Source of the DNA: a phage
Length of the DNA stretch: 34,803 nt
Reading direction: 5' to 3' (one strand)
Assembly (NCBI GenBank): GCA_021149145.1
Contig: GCA_021149145.1_4322.1
The position numbers and the translations under genes are program-made. The notes under the pieces were generated by a model. It worked only from the letters and a program-made list of their open reading frames with translations, made no database searches and was not told the DNA's origin. Below, piece by piece: positions 9,705 through 17,018 of the stretch; the first letter of the stretch is position 1; each line of letters opens with the position of its first letter.

Positions 9705-9893
9705 TTACTTTCGCTCACGAACGTAAGCTACTAGGAATTTGTGGTAATCCGGGTCGGCACCGGACATTACCTTAACTTTCGCTACTGCTACCTCTGAGGA
9801 CTTAGCAGTAACCGACGCGATAAATTCTTGAGTGCAACTTTTGCAACTACGACCCATTAATCGGATTGAAAGCTTAACATCCCAGAGCTGCAT
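9705..9893 (-). CDS. Hypothetical protein (62 aa)
   Basis: ORF followed by terminator 9629-9651. Confidence 0.4.
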   Translation of the reverse strand: MQLWDVKLSIRLMGRSCKSCTQEFIASVTAKSSEVAVAKVKVMSGADPDYHKFLVAYVRERK

Positions 9894-10086
9894 TTTTTAT
9901 CTTCCCGCTCTGATTGCTATAGTTTTGAGTTTCTCTTTCAAGCTCGAGATAACCTTTAATATCCGCGCTAACTGAAACCCCGCCAATCACACCCTTTAAG
10001 CATTTATGTTCACGGTCAAGTGTTGCGTTGAATTTTTGGGAAGTGCCGCTTTCAATATCTTTTACGATGATTGTTACTTTTTTCAT
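9874..10086 (-). CDS. Hypothetical protein (70 aa)
   Basis: ORF starting MKKVTIIVKDIE; immediately downstream of the tRNA gene. Confidence 0.45.
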   Translation of the reverse strand: MKKVTIIVKDIESGTSQKFNATLDREHKCLKGVIGGVSVSADIKGYLELERETQNYSNQSGKIKNAALGC

Positions 10087-10117
10087 TTAATCCCCCAGGA
10101 TTATTGGTTTCTTAATT

Positions 10118-10193
10118 TGGTGTTCCGCACTGGACTCGAACCAGTAACTAAGACTTAGGAGGTCTTTGCGTTATCCTGTTACGCCAGCAGAAC
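10118..10193 (-). tRNA. tRNA-Arg (anticodon CCU)
   Basis: 76-nt cloverleaf folded by hand: acceptor GTTCTGC/GCGGAAC (one G-U), D-arm GCGT-AACAGGATA-ACGC, anticodon arm AAGAC-CUCCUAA-GTCTT, T-arm ACTGG-TTCGAGT-CCAGT, discriminator A, encoded CCA. Confidence 0.8.
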
Positions 10194-10381
10194 AAATCCT
10201 TGAGTAGCGATTGCGCTATTGAGGGATTGCTGGTTACGCTTCCAGCGTCGAGTTCCTCGACCGATTTCGCCATATACGCTGCTTAGTGAGTTATGGACTT
10301 TGTGTTGCACTCCGTGCGCCGTTGCCACTTGGTGGCCTCGTCTGTCTACAGTTGTTAATGTACCAGTCAGGGTTAGATGTG

Positions 10382-10579
10382 TCAACTTACTCTTTCGAAT
10401 TTCCCATAATTCTGGTCATACGGGTAGTCAATGCTCACCAATTCGCCATTATCGCTGTAGCAGAATGCGTGGCCAGTCTTCGATACCTTTTCGACCTGGT
10501 AATCGCATCCATCCATGAAGTCATCCGATGCCGCCTTTGTGCACTTGATAGCATCGCCTTTCTTAATAATCTTACTCAT
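10382..10579 (-). CDS. Hypothetical protein (65 aa)
   Basis: ORF; start overlaps stop of upstream gene. Confidence 0.45.
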   Translation of the reverse strand: MSKIIKKGDAIKCTKAASDDFMDGCDYQVEKVSKTGHAFCYSDNGELVSIDYPYDQNYGKFERVS

Positions 10580-10785
10580 TAAAACTCCTCAGTGATAAGC
10601 ATCTTGCCACAATATTTGCACTCGTAGAACGCACATGTTTCACCTATTGATACACTTGGTTTTGTTGACTCGTGGTATGCAGAGCTTATCGCCTTAATGT
10701 CAAAATCGTGAATGATTGATGTGAACACGTAAATGTAATGATGTTTGTGATTATTGTCGTTATCACTCATAAAGGCTATTCCCAT
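10579..10785 (-). CDS. Hypothetical protein (68 aa) with C-terminal CxxC
   Basis: ORF MGIAFMSD...; YECKYCGKM motif; 5' end lies inside a 29-bp direct repeat. Confidence 0.45.
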   Translation of the reverse strand: MGIAFMSDNDNNHKHHYIYVFTSIIHDFDIKAISSAYHESTKPSVSIGETCAFYECKYCGKMLITEEF

Positions 10786-10789
10786 TCTC
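10761..10789. repeat. 29-bp perfect direct repeat, copy 1 (TATCACTCATAAAGGCTATTCCCATTCTC)
   Basis: Identical to 10886-10914; on the minus strand it carries the ATG and first 8 codons (MGIAFMSD). Confidence 0.85.
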
Positions 10790-10793
10790 TAAC

Positions 10794-10910
10794 CTAATTC
10801 AATGTAAATATGAAGAAAATCATCCCAATTGCCGTAGCTATAGCCAATCCGATGGCGATCAGAGTTAGTACTAAATCAATGATAATATCACTCATAAAGG
10901 CTATTCCCAT
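10794..10910 (-). CDS. Possible small membrane protein (38 aa)
   Basis: Hand-translated: MGIAFMSDIIIDLVLTLIAIGLAIATAIGMIFFIFTLN; shares its first 8 codons with the downstream gene via the 29-bp repeat. Confidence 0.3.
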   Translation of the reverse strand: MGIAFMSDIIIDLVLTLIAIGLAIATAIGMIFFIFTLN

Positions 10911-10914
10911 TCTC
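10886..10914. repeat. 29-bp perfect direct repeat, copy 2
   Basis: Identical to 10761-10789; here it also encodes the C-terminus ...ENGNSLYE of the 78-aa ORF in another frame. Confidence 0.85.
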
Positions 10915-11124
10915 ATCATGACCCACACGCCCTCGACGATAGCCCGCTATCCACACAAACTTATCACGTGCGATTATCGTGGATACCGGCCCCCATATCT
11001 GAGTGATAAGCGCCGCAACAACCTTATCATCTTTCTTTTTTGCGCCCAATTTGCCGTATTCGTCATTCAGCTTGTCAGCCTGTCGCTTAACTGCGTTAAA
11101 GTATGCGTCGTCTAACCCGAACAT
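10888..11124 (-). CDS. Hypothetical protein (78 aa)
   Basis: ORF; motif-type promoter upstream (11154-11198). Confidence 0.45.
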   Translation of the reverse strand: MFGLDDAYFNAVKRQADKLNDEYGKLGAKKKDDKVVAALITQIWGPVSTIIARDKFVWIAGYRRGRVGHDENGNSLYE

Positions 11125-11153
11125 TTTCTAACCTCTCGCTGTTTGATATATAA

Positions 11154-11198
11154 ATTATATGGCATACATGCCTTTGGTGTTTAGCTATTCGTGCTGTT
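11154..11198 (-). promoter_or_regulatory. Motif-type promoter (19-bp upstream element + TATAAT)
   Basis: Minus strand ACAGCACGAATAGCTAAAC, 22 nt spacer, TATAAT, ~30 nt before the ATG at 11124. Confidence 0.45.
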
Positions 11199-11321
11199 TA
11201 TTTTATCTTCACGCTCCTTCCATAGATTCATCAGCTCGAAGTACATCATGGCAACCTCGCCAGTCTTAGCCTCATCCATCATCCGTTTAGCCCACTGGCT
11301 TGGTGTTTCGTAGTTATCCAT
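11181..11321 (-). CDS. Hypothetical small protein (46 aa)
   Basis: Hand-translated MDNYETPSQWAKRMMDEAK...KINSTNS; start overlaps upstream stop (TAATG); C-terminus encoded by the promoter element. Confidence 0.35.
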   Translation of the reverse strand: MDNYETPSQWAKRMMDEAKTGEVAMMYFELMNLWKEREDKINSTNS

Positions 11322-11482
11322 TAGTAAACAAGAGCCTCGTGGTTTGCTATGTAAATCTCCTCATCGTGCTTGTTTTTAATGAAGTACCCATTGCCATCTT
11401 CGCTAGGCTCTGCATAGAATACGTCGCCATGCTTTAAGCGCGCCATATAATCATCCTCACCAATATATACGATCTTAATCAT
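11321..11482 (-). CDS. Hypothetical small protein (53 aa)
   Basis: Hand-translated MIKIVYIGEDDYMARLKHGDVFY...; GAGGTGA RBS 6 nt upstream. Confidence 0.4.
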   Translation of the reverse strand: MIKIVYIGEDDYMARLKHGDVFYAEPSEDGNGYFIKNKHDEEIYIANHEALVY

Positions 11483-11500
11483 GCAATCACCTCACTTAAA

Positions 11501-11635
11501 TTATAGTTCGTTAGAATCGCTTTTAGCGTCATCTACGGCTGCTGAAATCATGTAAATAATTATGAAGCCCAATAACCAGAGTAACCATGGCAATGCTTCA
11601 ACCAGAACTTCATCCATCATTAACCCAGTATTCAT
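11501..11635 (-). CDS. Small membrane protein (about 44 aa)
   Basis: Track ORF 11501..11689; likely start MNTGLMMDEV with GAGGA RBS; one hydrophobic helix (ALPWLLWLLGFIIIYMISAAV). Confidence 0.4.
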   Translation of the reverse strand: MNTGLMMDEVLVEALPWLLWLLGFIIIYMISAAVDDAKSDSNEL

Positions 11636-11645
11636 TTCTCTATCC

Positions 11646-12068
11646 TCAGATTTTGTTAATTTGCTCAAACTTCTCAAACCAGAAAACAACTGGAGCCTCC
11701 ACTATGGAGATGAGGCCGAACCGCTCTGCCGTGCGAAAATTCATGCTGCTCTTACGCCCGCGAGCTACTTGAAGAGACACCTGTTCCCTGAACATTTCAA
11801 GGGAATAGCAATTTTTCATGAGGTTGCATGGAGCACATGCAGGGTAAAGGTTTTCCATTCGATCAGCTTGTGGTCGATTAAACTCACCTGTCGCCTTCAG
11901 CTTGAAAGTTCCTTTCTCCGCTGCCTTCATGCATACCTCAGATTTACGTAGCACCGGTTCAACATGGTCAGCATGCCAGCCTTTCTCAGGTAGTTCACAC
12001 CCACAATAAGCGCAGCGACCACCGAACTTGCCCTTCAACTCTTCCCTTTGAGATTTGCTTAATTTCAT
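11646..12068 (-). CDS. HNH endonuclease
   Basis: 140 aa with CAYCGC...HADHV...N...CAPCN, the classic C-x2-C / H-x-D-H / N / C-x2-C HNH arrangement. Confidence 0.8.
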   Translation of the reverse strand: MKLSKSQREELKGKFGGRCAYCGCELPEKGWHADHVEPVLRKSEVCMKAAEKGTFKLKATGEFNRPQADRMENLYPACAPCNLMKNCYSLEMFREQVSLQVARGRKSSMNFRTAERFGLISIVEAPVVFWFEKFEQINKI

Positions 12069-12078
12069 TTTATAAACC

Positions 12079-12258
12079 TTAAATTTTATTCAATTGATCA
12101 AGAATCTCGAAAGCCAGTTCTCGAGCTTGCTCTTCATTTAAGTGGATAGTATGAACCTTAGGTTCATCATGCAAACCGAAAGCCTGGGCGATGATAAATG
12201 TTGTGTAACCATCGAAGTTGTTAGCCTGGAGCTTAGGGTTACTTTGCTGGAATTTCAT
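12079..12258 (-). CDS. Hypothetical small protein (59 aa)
   Basis: Hand-translated MKFQQSNPKLQANNFDGYTTFIIAQAF...; start overlaps upstream stop (ATGA). Confidence 0.4.
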   Translation of the reverse strand: MKFQQSNPKLQANNFDGYTTFIIAQAFGLHDEPKVHTIHLNEEQARELAFEILDQLNKI

Positions 12259-12446
12259 TCTTCGACCACCTTGTACTCGCCTTCTTCAAAACTAACCATC
12301 TGTCCTATTGATACAAACTCAGTATCACGAATCGCTAGAGCTGATAAGCTACCGCACCTGTACCGACCGGTTACTTCTAATACGTCACCAACCTTAAACC
12401 CGCATTCTTCAAGTGTCAGAACGCCTTCTTCTGGTATGTAGTTCAC
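12255..12446 (-). CDS. Hypothetical small protein (63 aa, probable GTG start)
   Basis: Track ORF; first unit downstream of the motif-type promoter 12499-12543. Confidence 0.35.
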   Translation of the reverse strand: MNYIPEEGVLTLEECGFKVGDVLEVTGRYRCGSLSALAIRDTEFVSIGQMVSFEEGEYKVVEE

Positions 12447-12498
12447 GTCGATAATTTTAATTTTCGTCTCTATACTCCATCTCGTTGTTGGTGTGGTA

Positions 12499-12543
12499 AT
12501 TATGCCATCCTTGGCGTCATATCGTTAGGCAAAAAGTGCCATT
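12499..12543 (-). promoter_or_regulatory. Motif-type promoter (variant element + CATAAT)
   Basis: Minus strand AATGGCACTTTTTGCCTAA, 22 nt, CATAAT. Confidence 0.4.
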
Positions 12544-12618
12544 TCCCACTCAGTAGTAATTTAGCTTTCCGATATAAATCCATAGCCACCTCAACCTCAT
12601 CCTCACTGTACCGCGGAT

Positions 12619-12642
12619 GGTATGGTAGTAGACTACCATACC
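12619..12642. repeat. Perfect 11-bp inverted repeat with 2-bp spacer (GGTATGGTAGT-AG-ACTACCATACC)
   Basis: Read directly; lies immediately after the stop of the 173-aa gene; no T-run follows. Confidence 0.8.
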
Positions 12643-12643
12643 A

Positions 12644-13165
12644 CTATTTAGCCTCCTTAATCATTTCTTGGTATGCGTTAATCATTGATACTGCACCCTT
12701 AAGTTCATCACCTTCAAGACCAGCGACGCTTGGTGATAGTTTCAACAATCGAGCCTTGAACCTTTCAATGGTAGCCGCCTCCTTCTCTTGCTCTGCTTTG
12801 CTTCTTGAGCCGGATTTTACAGCGCCAGGAACCAGGCTAAGTGATGCGCAGTATGTCTCACTCTCGCCATCAAAGTCGGTAAAACTAAGTGAGAACCTTG
12901 AGCGCACGTCAGCCGCCTTAATCTCAGGCATTCGGCTTACGGTGTTTGAAACGTATGACGCTTTTAGTTTTGGCATGTGGTATTCACCACCAGGTAGAAC
13001 CTCCTGACCACTTAGCGATACGAACGTCTCACGACTCATGCCGAAGTATTGACGAGCAATCATGGTCACAGGGACTGTGCACACTTTGTCTTCTGACTTG
13101 AGCGCCTGACTCGCCATGTATCGAATGATTTCACCCAAACTTACTGCTTCTTTATGTTCTGACAT
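12644..13165 (-). CDS. Hypothetical protein (173 aa), first leftward gene from the AT-rich control region
   Basis: ORF with ATG at 13165; no motif recognised. Confidence 0.5.
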   Translation of the reverse strand: MSEHKEAVSLGEIIRYMASQALKSEDKVCTVPVTMIARQYFGMSRETFVSLSGQEVLPGGEYHMPKLKASYVSNTVSRMPEIKAADVRSRFSLSFTDFDGESETYCASLSLVPGAVKSGSRSKAEQEKEAATIERFKARLLKLSPSVAGLEGDELKGAVSMINAYQEMIKEAK

Positions 13166-13286
13166 ATTCGTTACTCCTGATTGGTTGCCCTTCGTTAAGA
13201 TGAAACCATGGTATCATGAATATACGCGTTATCAAGTGTTATGTTGTGTTTATATCTGCATTGGTTACGCTTTTTGACCTCTCAGC

Positions 13287-13300
13287 CCAGCTATAGCTGG
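13287..13300. repeat. 14-bp perfect palindrome CCAGCTATAGCTGG
   Basis: Read directly; the AGCTATAGCT core recurs at 33072-33081 in the paralogous control region. Confidence 0.8.
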
Positions 13301-13440
13301 TGTAATTACCCTGTGTAAGATTTTACGCGGATTCGCCGGGGGTATGCATATGTATCTATATAGATAAAATTAGTAGTTTTCATAGAAAAACTATCGACCC
13401 ATCCATACGACCAATCTACACCATATACATACATATATAC

Positions 13441-13526
13441 AATAATAATAATAATATAGTAAAAGGTTGATATATATAGATATTATTATGTAACCATTGC
13501 GTAATCTAGCGTGGTAGGCGTATATG
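13441..13526. repeat. AT-rich control element, copy A (paralog of 33236-33320)
   Basis: (AAT)5 + identical 29-mer AGTAAAAGGTTGATATATATAGATATTAT (13458-13486) + GCGTA-type repeats at ~10-bp spacing (13499, 13509, 13518). Confidence 0.75.
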
Positions 13527-13764
13527 ATTCTTCGGAAGCGCACCTCATATACACACCATAACTTCGATAACGTGTATATCCAAATTGGCTCAGCAAGAAT
13601 CAAAATCAACTTGTATGGTAGTTCATCCACCATTCATTCACCCCACATCAATCATTGCAAATCCCGCAACAATCAAAAACATCATTGCATTCGATGCAAT
13701 ATTGTTATATGTGCAATAGTAAGATTAATCATTGCAATATCTGCAACAATAAATAAATCCAACT

Positions 13765-13809
13765 AATAGCACTTTTTGCTAAAGACATTTAGGTATTGCG
13801 GAGTTATGG
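13765..13809 (+). promoter_or_regulatory. Motif-type element (weak -10) upstream of the plus-strand island
   Basis: AATAGCACTTTTTGCTAAA followed 22 nt later by TTATGG, a poor hexamer. Confidence 0.3.
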
Positions 13810-13837
13810 TTCACTCATCAACAACGAGGAGAGAGAT

Positions 13838-14023
13838 ATGAAACTTAAAGACGAAGCATTTGAGCAATTAAAGCAGGAATGTGCGCTGATTGGATTGAAC
13901 AGTGACTATACTGATATGGTTTTACGCGGACGCATCAATATCGACCTTGCTAAGCAATTCCAGTCAGATGATGAATATATGTGCTGCGATGGCCTCGGCT
14001 GCGACGAATGTTTACCATGGTAA
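13838..14023 (+). CDS. Hypothetical small protein (61 aa) with C-terminal Cys cluster
   Basis: Track ORF 13796 (TTG start); better start at ATG 13838 with AGGAGAGAGAT RBS; ends ...MCCDGLGCDECLPW. Confidence 0.5.
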   Translation: MKLKDEAFEQLKQECALIGLNSDYTDMVLRGRINIDLAKQFQSDDEYMCCDGLGCDECLPW

Positions 14024-14034
14024 GGAGCCGAATA

Positions 14035-14226
14035 ATGAAAGTTAAGTGCTTAAATAATCTTAATGATGGAACCTGGGAATTCAGTAGTTGAAAGCATTAC
14101 AGTTATGATGAAATTTATGGTTACGTAGTTGGTGATAACTTCAAGCCAGTTTACTGCTACATTGAAAATGGCCTTGTTATTGCCGCTGTTAAGCGTCGAT
14201 TGATTTTTGAAATTTTAGAGGATTAA
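14035..14226 (+). pseudogene. Small ORF interrupted by an in-frame TGA at 14089-14091
   Basis: AAGGAG RBS 7 nt upstream of ATG; 18 codons, TGA, then 44 more open codons in the same frame with no internal start codon. Confidence 0.35.
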
Positions 14227-14227
14227 C

Positions 14228-14431
14228 ATGAAACTTCTTTGCACTAACATAATTGAAGACTTTAACGACGCCTTCAATAAGGGCTCTGAATACAACGCTA
14301 CCGAGTTTAAAAATGATATGTGCCTTGTTACCGGCGAACGTCCACACAAGCATCACGACACGTTCCAGGCGCTTAAATGCCTTGATTACGTAATCATCCA
14401 CGGCATCGCAACTTTTAAGGTGATTGAATAA
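14228..14431 (+). CDS. Hypothetical protein (67 aa)
   Basis: GAGGATTAAC-ATG RBS; start directly after upstream stop. Confidence 0.5.
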   Translation: MKLLCTNIIEDFNDAFNKGSEYNATEFKNDMCLVTGERPHKHHDTFQALKCLDYVIIHGIATFKVIE

Positions 14432-14595
14432 TGCTTTTACCATCTGAGATAAACTATTTCGATCTGGAAATTATTAGTGCTTACAGCGGAAAGGGTTGGC
14501 CTTGCGGGGGCTGGTTTAACGAGGACCTGCTTGAGTCTCACGAGATTATGTTGAAGGCAATTGAGAAGGCCAGAAGAAATAGCACTAATTGCTAA
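14431..14595 (+). CDS. Hypothetical small protein (54 aa)
   Basis: Start overlaps upstream stop (TAATG); C-terminus ...RRNSTNC encoded by the promoter element. Confidence 0.4.
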   Translation: MLLPSEINYFDLEIISAYSGKGWPCGGWFNEDLLESHEIMLKAIEKARRNSTNC

Positions 14596-14622
14596 AACTC
14601 ACCGCCACGGATGGCGTATATT
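14578..14622 (+). promoter_or_regulatory. Motif-type promoter (element + TATATT)
   Basis: AATAGCACTAATTGCTAAA, 22 nt, TATATT, then conserved leader CCATCGAAACGAAAGAGAG before the ATG at 14655. Confidence 0.45.
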
Positions 14623-14654
14623 TACTCCATCGAAACGAAAGAGAGCAAGAGATC

Positions 14655-14816
14655 ATGTTCGACAACTTTTATGACGCGATGGAAGAGGCGGTTTTCAGGG
14701 CGTCGATAGATGGTAAGATTTACGGTTTAGTTCAGAAGTTTGATAAGATTGTTGTGCGTATTGTGCGCAAATCAGTACCAAACAAATTCATGTGGACAAC
14801 TAAGAGATTAAAATAA
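14655..14816 (+). CDS. Hypothetical small protein (53 aa)
   Basis: Track ORF 14589..14816; ATG at 14655 sits behind the conserved leader. Confidence 0.4.
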   Translation: MFDNFYDAMEEAVFRASIDGKIYGLVQKFDKIVVRIVRKSVPNKFMWTTKRLK

Positions 14817-15205
14817 TGACTACTACGATAACCAAAAATTTCATTAGCAACGACAACAAGCTATTTAAAGCTCGCGTTAAAAAGATTCACCAGTGGGTTA
14901 ACGGTGTCGCTGAGGAAGTTGAATTTGAGCAAATCAAAAAAGACGGCAAATGGATCAACCTGGAAGAACGTGGAAAATACATTAAAACCAAAACTCTTTA
15001 CTGCACAAAGGTTAACCATAAGTCTGGCGTTAAGAAAGACTTCAAAGAAGGTAAGCGATACCAGGTCAACATGCATAGCGGACTTTGTCAGTCAACTGGA
15101 TACATTTACGATGAAGATGGCAACGCCTGGCAGCTATATCGCAGCGAAGATGTTGGCTTTTATACGTTGTGTGAAACTTACCACTTTGAGGCTCAATACA
15201 AATGA
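14816..15205 (+). CDS. Hypothetical protein (129 aa)
   Basis: Lys-rich ORF; start overlaps upstream stop. Confidence 0.5.
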   Translation: MTTTITKNFISNDNKLFKARVKKIHQWVNGVAEEVEFEQIKKDGKWINLEERGKYIKTKTLYCTKVNHKSGVKKDFKEGKRYQVNMHSGLCQSTGYIYDEDGNAWQLYRSEDVGFYTLCETYHFEAQYK

Positions 15206-15372
15206 AATTATACATTGTAAGTGGTTGCACACACTATGATGGAAGCGAAGTGATTGCCGCTTTCGATGAAGAATTCAAAGCACAGGAGTTTAAATATAAC
15301 AAAGAAATATCTTCAGAAAATCACTTTGACTACTACAAGATAGATTGCATCTTACTAAATAGCACTAATTGA
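15202..15372 (+). CDS. Hypothetical small protein (56 aa)
   Basis: Hand-translated MKLYIVSGCTHYDGSEVIAAF...; ends ...LLNSTN via the promoter element. Confidence 0.4.
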   Translation: MKLYIVSGCTHYDGSEVIAAFDEEFKAQEFKYNKEISSENHFDYYKIDCILLNSTN

Positions 15373-15402
15373 TAATGCATTATAAGCGGCTATTGATATA
15401 AT
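15358..15402 (+). promoter_or_regulatory. Motif-type promoter (element + TATAAT) with inverted repeat bracketing the -10
   Basis: AATAGCACTAATTGATAAT, 22 nt, TATAAT; AGCGGC (15385-15390) and GCCGCT (15404-15409) flank the hexamer. Confidence 0.45.
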
Positions 15403-15431
15403 GGCCGCTCAGAACAACACGGAGAGAAGTA

Positions 15432-17015
15432 ATGTTTGATTTCAACGAAGATAAACTATCTGTTGAGCAGGTTATGGCAATCGCTGCCAATGACAACCTA
15501 CCACCGCTTCGCGTGGCTATTAATGCCAATGGCTATCGACAGTCTCAATCGTTCTGGAAAGCACCTGTCGAGATTGATACAGGTAATGATAAGTATCCAG
15601 TAATCTCACTCGGTAATGATATTGATGTTGTTGGTAAGCTATCGGCTAATATCGCTCGCTCGGTTCAGTTCCCTGAGTCGTCAGCTTACATGCACTTTCT
15701 TGGTTGTGTTTCTGCTGCAATGCTTGGGCGTTTTACTGTCGAGTATCATGGAACCCAACAGCCAACATCTTTGTACGTGGTAACAAGTCAGCCGCCTTCA
15801 ACTGGTAAATCAGCCATTAACTCGCTATCAATTGCGCCGATGATTGCTGAGACTGCGCGGTTGAATGAAGTACGTAAACGTGATCGAAAAAAGATTATGG
15901 CTAAACTGTCCGCTCTGGCTAAAGAGATGAAGCAGGAAAAATCACCTTCTGAAATGGCTTCACTTTTTGAGGAGAAGGAGGATTTAGAGGAGAAGCTCGA
16001 GAAGCTATGCGATATAGTATTCCCTGTCTCCGATACTACTCCGGAAGGTCTTGCGCGAATCAACAATCGCCAGGGTAGTTTTGCGGTAATCTCTGATGAG
16101 GCTACTAGCGTCAACTCACTGTTAGGCATGACTTACGGTGATGGCTCGAAGAAAACGAACAGCGAGCTCGTGCTGAAAGCATGGGATGCAGGTAATGTGT
16201 CAATTGCCCGTGCGAACGCAGAAAATAACATGAGCTTTGTGGCTATGGGATGCATCTCCGTAATTGCTCAGGATGAAACAATCAATGCCATTATGAATGC
16301 TGGTGCGCGTGGTATTGGTGTATCTGAGCGTTTCCTTCTGGTGCGTGAAAAATCATTTCTTGGCGACCGTGTATTTGTTGATGAAAATGGTGATTCAACC
16401 TATGAGGCTATTGATGGCGGCCTGAAAGCAGACTATTTCCGTCTTGTTCATGAGATTATGAATGAAGTTGAAGTGAAACTTACTGTAAGCGCGTCATCAA
16501 TGCGTTACCTTAACCGCGCTCGTCAAGAGATGGAGCCTCATCTTGGTGATGGTGGCAAGTATTCTCACACAATGTTGCGCGGTGCTCTTGGTAAGTTTGA
16601 TAAGCAAGCAATCCGCATCGCTTCTGTTCTGCACGTAATTCGTAACTGGTTCTCACCAGCCGGATCCAGCCCTCAAAAGTCAAGAGAGATTGAACTGGAT
16701 ACAATGCAGGAAGCGATTATGATTTTCAACGAACTAAGCAAGACTTATTTATCATCCGCTAGTGCTGCTGGTCATGCTGGTGACAATGCCGAGATGAACA
16801 AGCTGGTTGATATCCTGATTAAGCAGGGCAAGAATGGTAAAGGTGTTGTTGGTGTTCGCTCGTTGTATGAGGCTGCACGCAAGGTTAAACCTTTTGAAGG
16901 TCAGGCTGGAATTATGACTCGCATTAAGGACCACTTGATTCCTATGCTTGATGAGAAAAACTACACATGCCTGATTGGTGATAAAATTTACATTAATCCA
17001 CGATTGCTGGGGTAA
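15432..17015 (+). CDS. Hypothetical P-loop ATPase (Walker A and B), 527 aa
   Basis: GGAGAGAAG RBS; Walker A-like QPPSTGKSAIN and Walker B-like FAVISDEATS about 100 aa later; largest gene of the island. Family not assignable by eye. Confidence 0.55.
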   Translation: MFDFNEDKLSVEQVMAIAANDNLPPLRVAINANGYRQSQSFWKAPVEIDTGNDKYPVISLGNDIDVVGKLSANIARSVQFPESSAYMHFLGCVSAAMLGRFTVEYHGTQQPTSLYVVTSQPPSTGKSAINSLSIAPMIAETARLNEVRKRDRKKIMAKLSALAKEMKQEKSPSEMASLFEEKEDLEEKLEKLCDIVFPVSDTTPEGLARINNRQGSFAVISDEATSVNSLLGMTYGDGSKKTNSELVLKAWDAGNVSIARANAENNMSFVAMGCISVIAQDETINAIMNAGARGIGVSERFLLVREKSFLGDRVFVDENGDSTYEAIDGGLKADYFRLVHEIMNEVEVKLTVSASSMRYLNRARQEMEPHLGDGGKYSHTMLRGALGKFDKQAIRIASVLHVIRNWFSPAGSSPQKSREIELDTMQEAIMIFNELSKTYLSSASAAGHAGDNAEMNKLVDILIKQGKNGKGVVGVRSLYEAARKVKPFEGQAGIMTRIKDHLIPMLDEKNYTCLIGDKIYINPRLLG

Positions 17016-17018
17016 TTT

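Noticed and set aside
10179-10518. Overlapping ORFs 10179..10385 (-) and 10219..10518 (+)
   Set aside because: They run through the tRNA-Arg gene and a GC-rich non-coding stretch; Arg/Gly/Cys-rich translations typical of spurious ORFs.
10810-11115. 101-aa plus-strand ORF
   Set aside because: Antisense to three coupled minus-strand genes and the 29-bp repeat pair; no RBS.
13391-13766. ORFs 13391..13633 (-) and 13524..13766 (+) in the AT-rich region
   Set aside because: Low-complexity translations (Tyr/Ile/Asn runs), no RBS; the region is better explained as a control element paralogous to 33236-33320.
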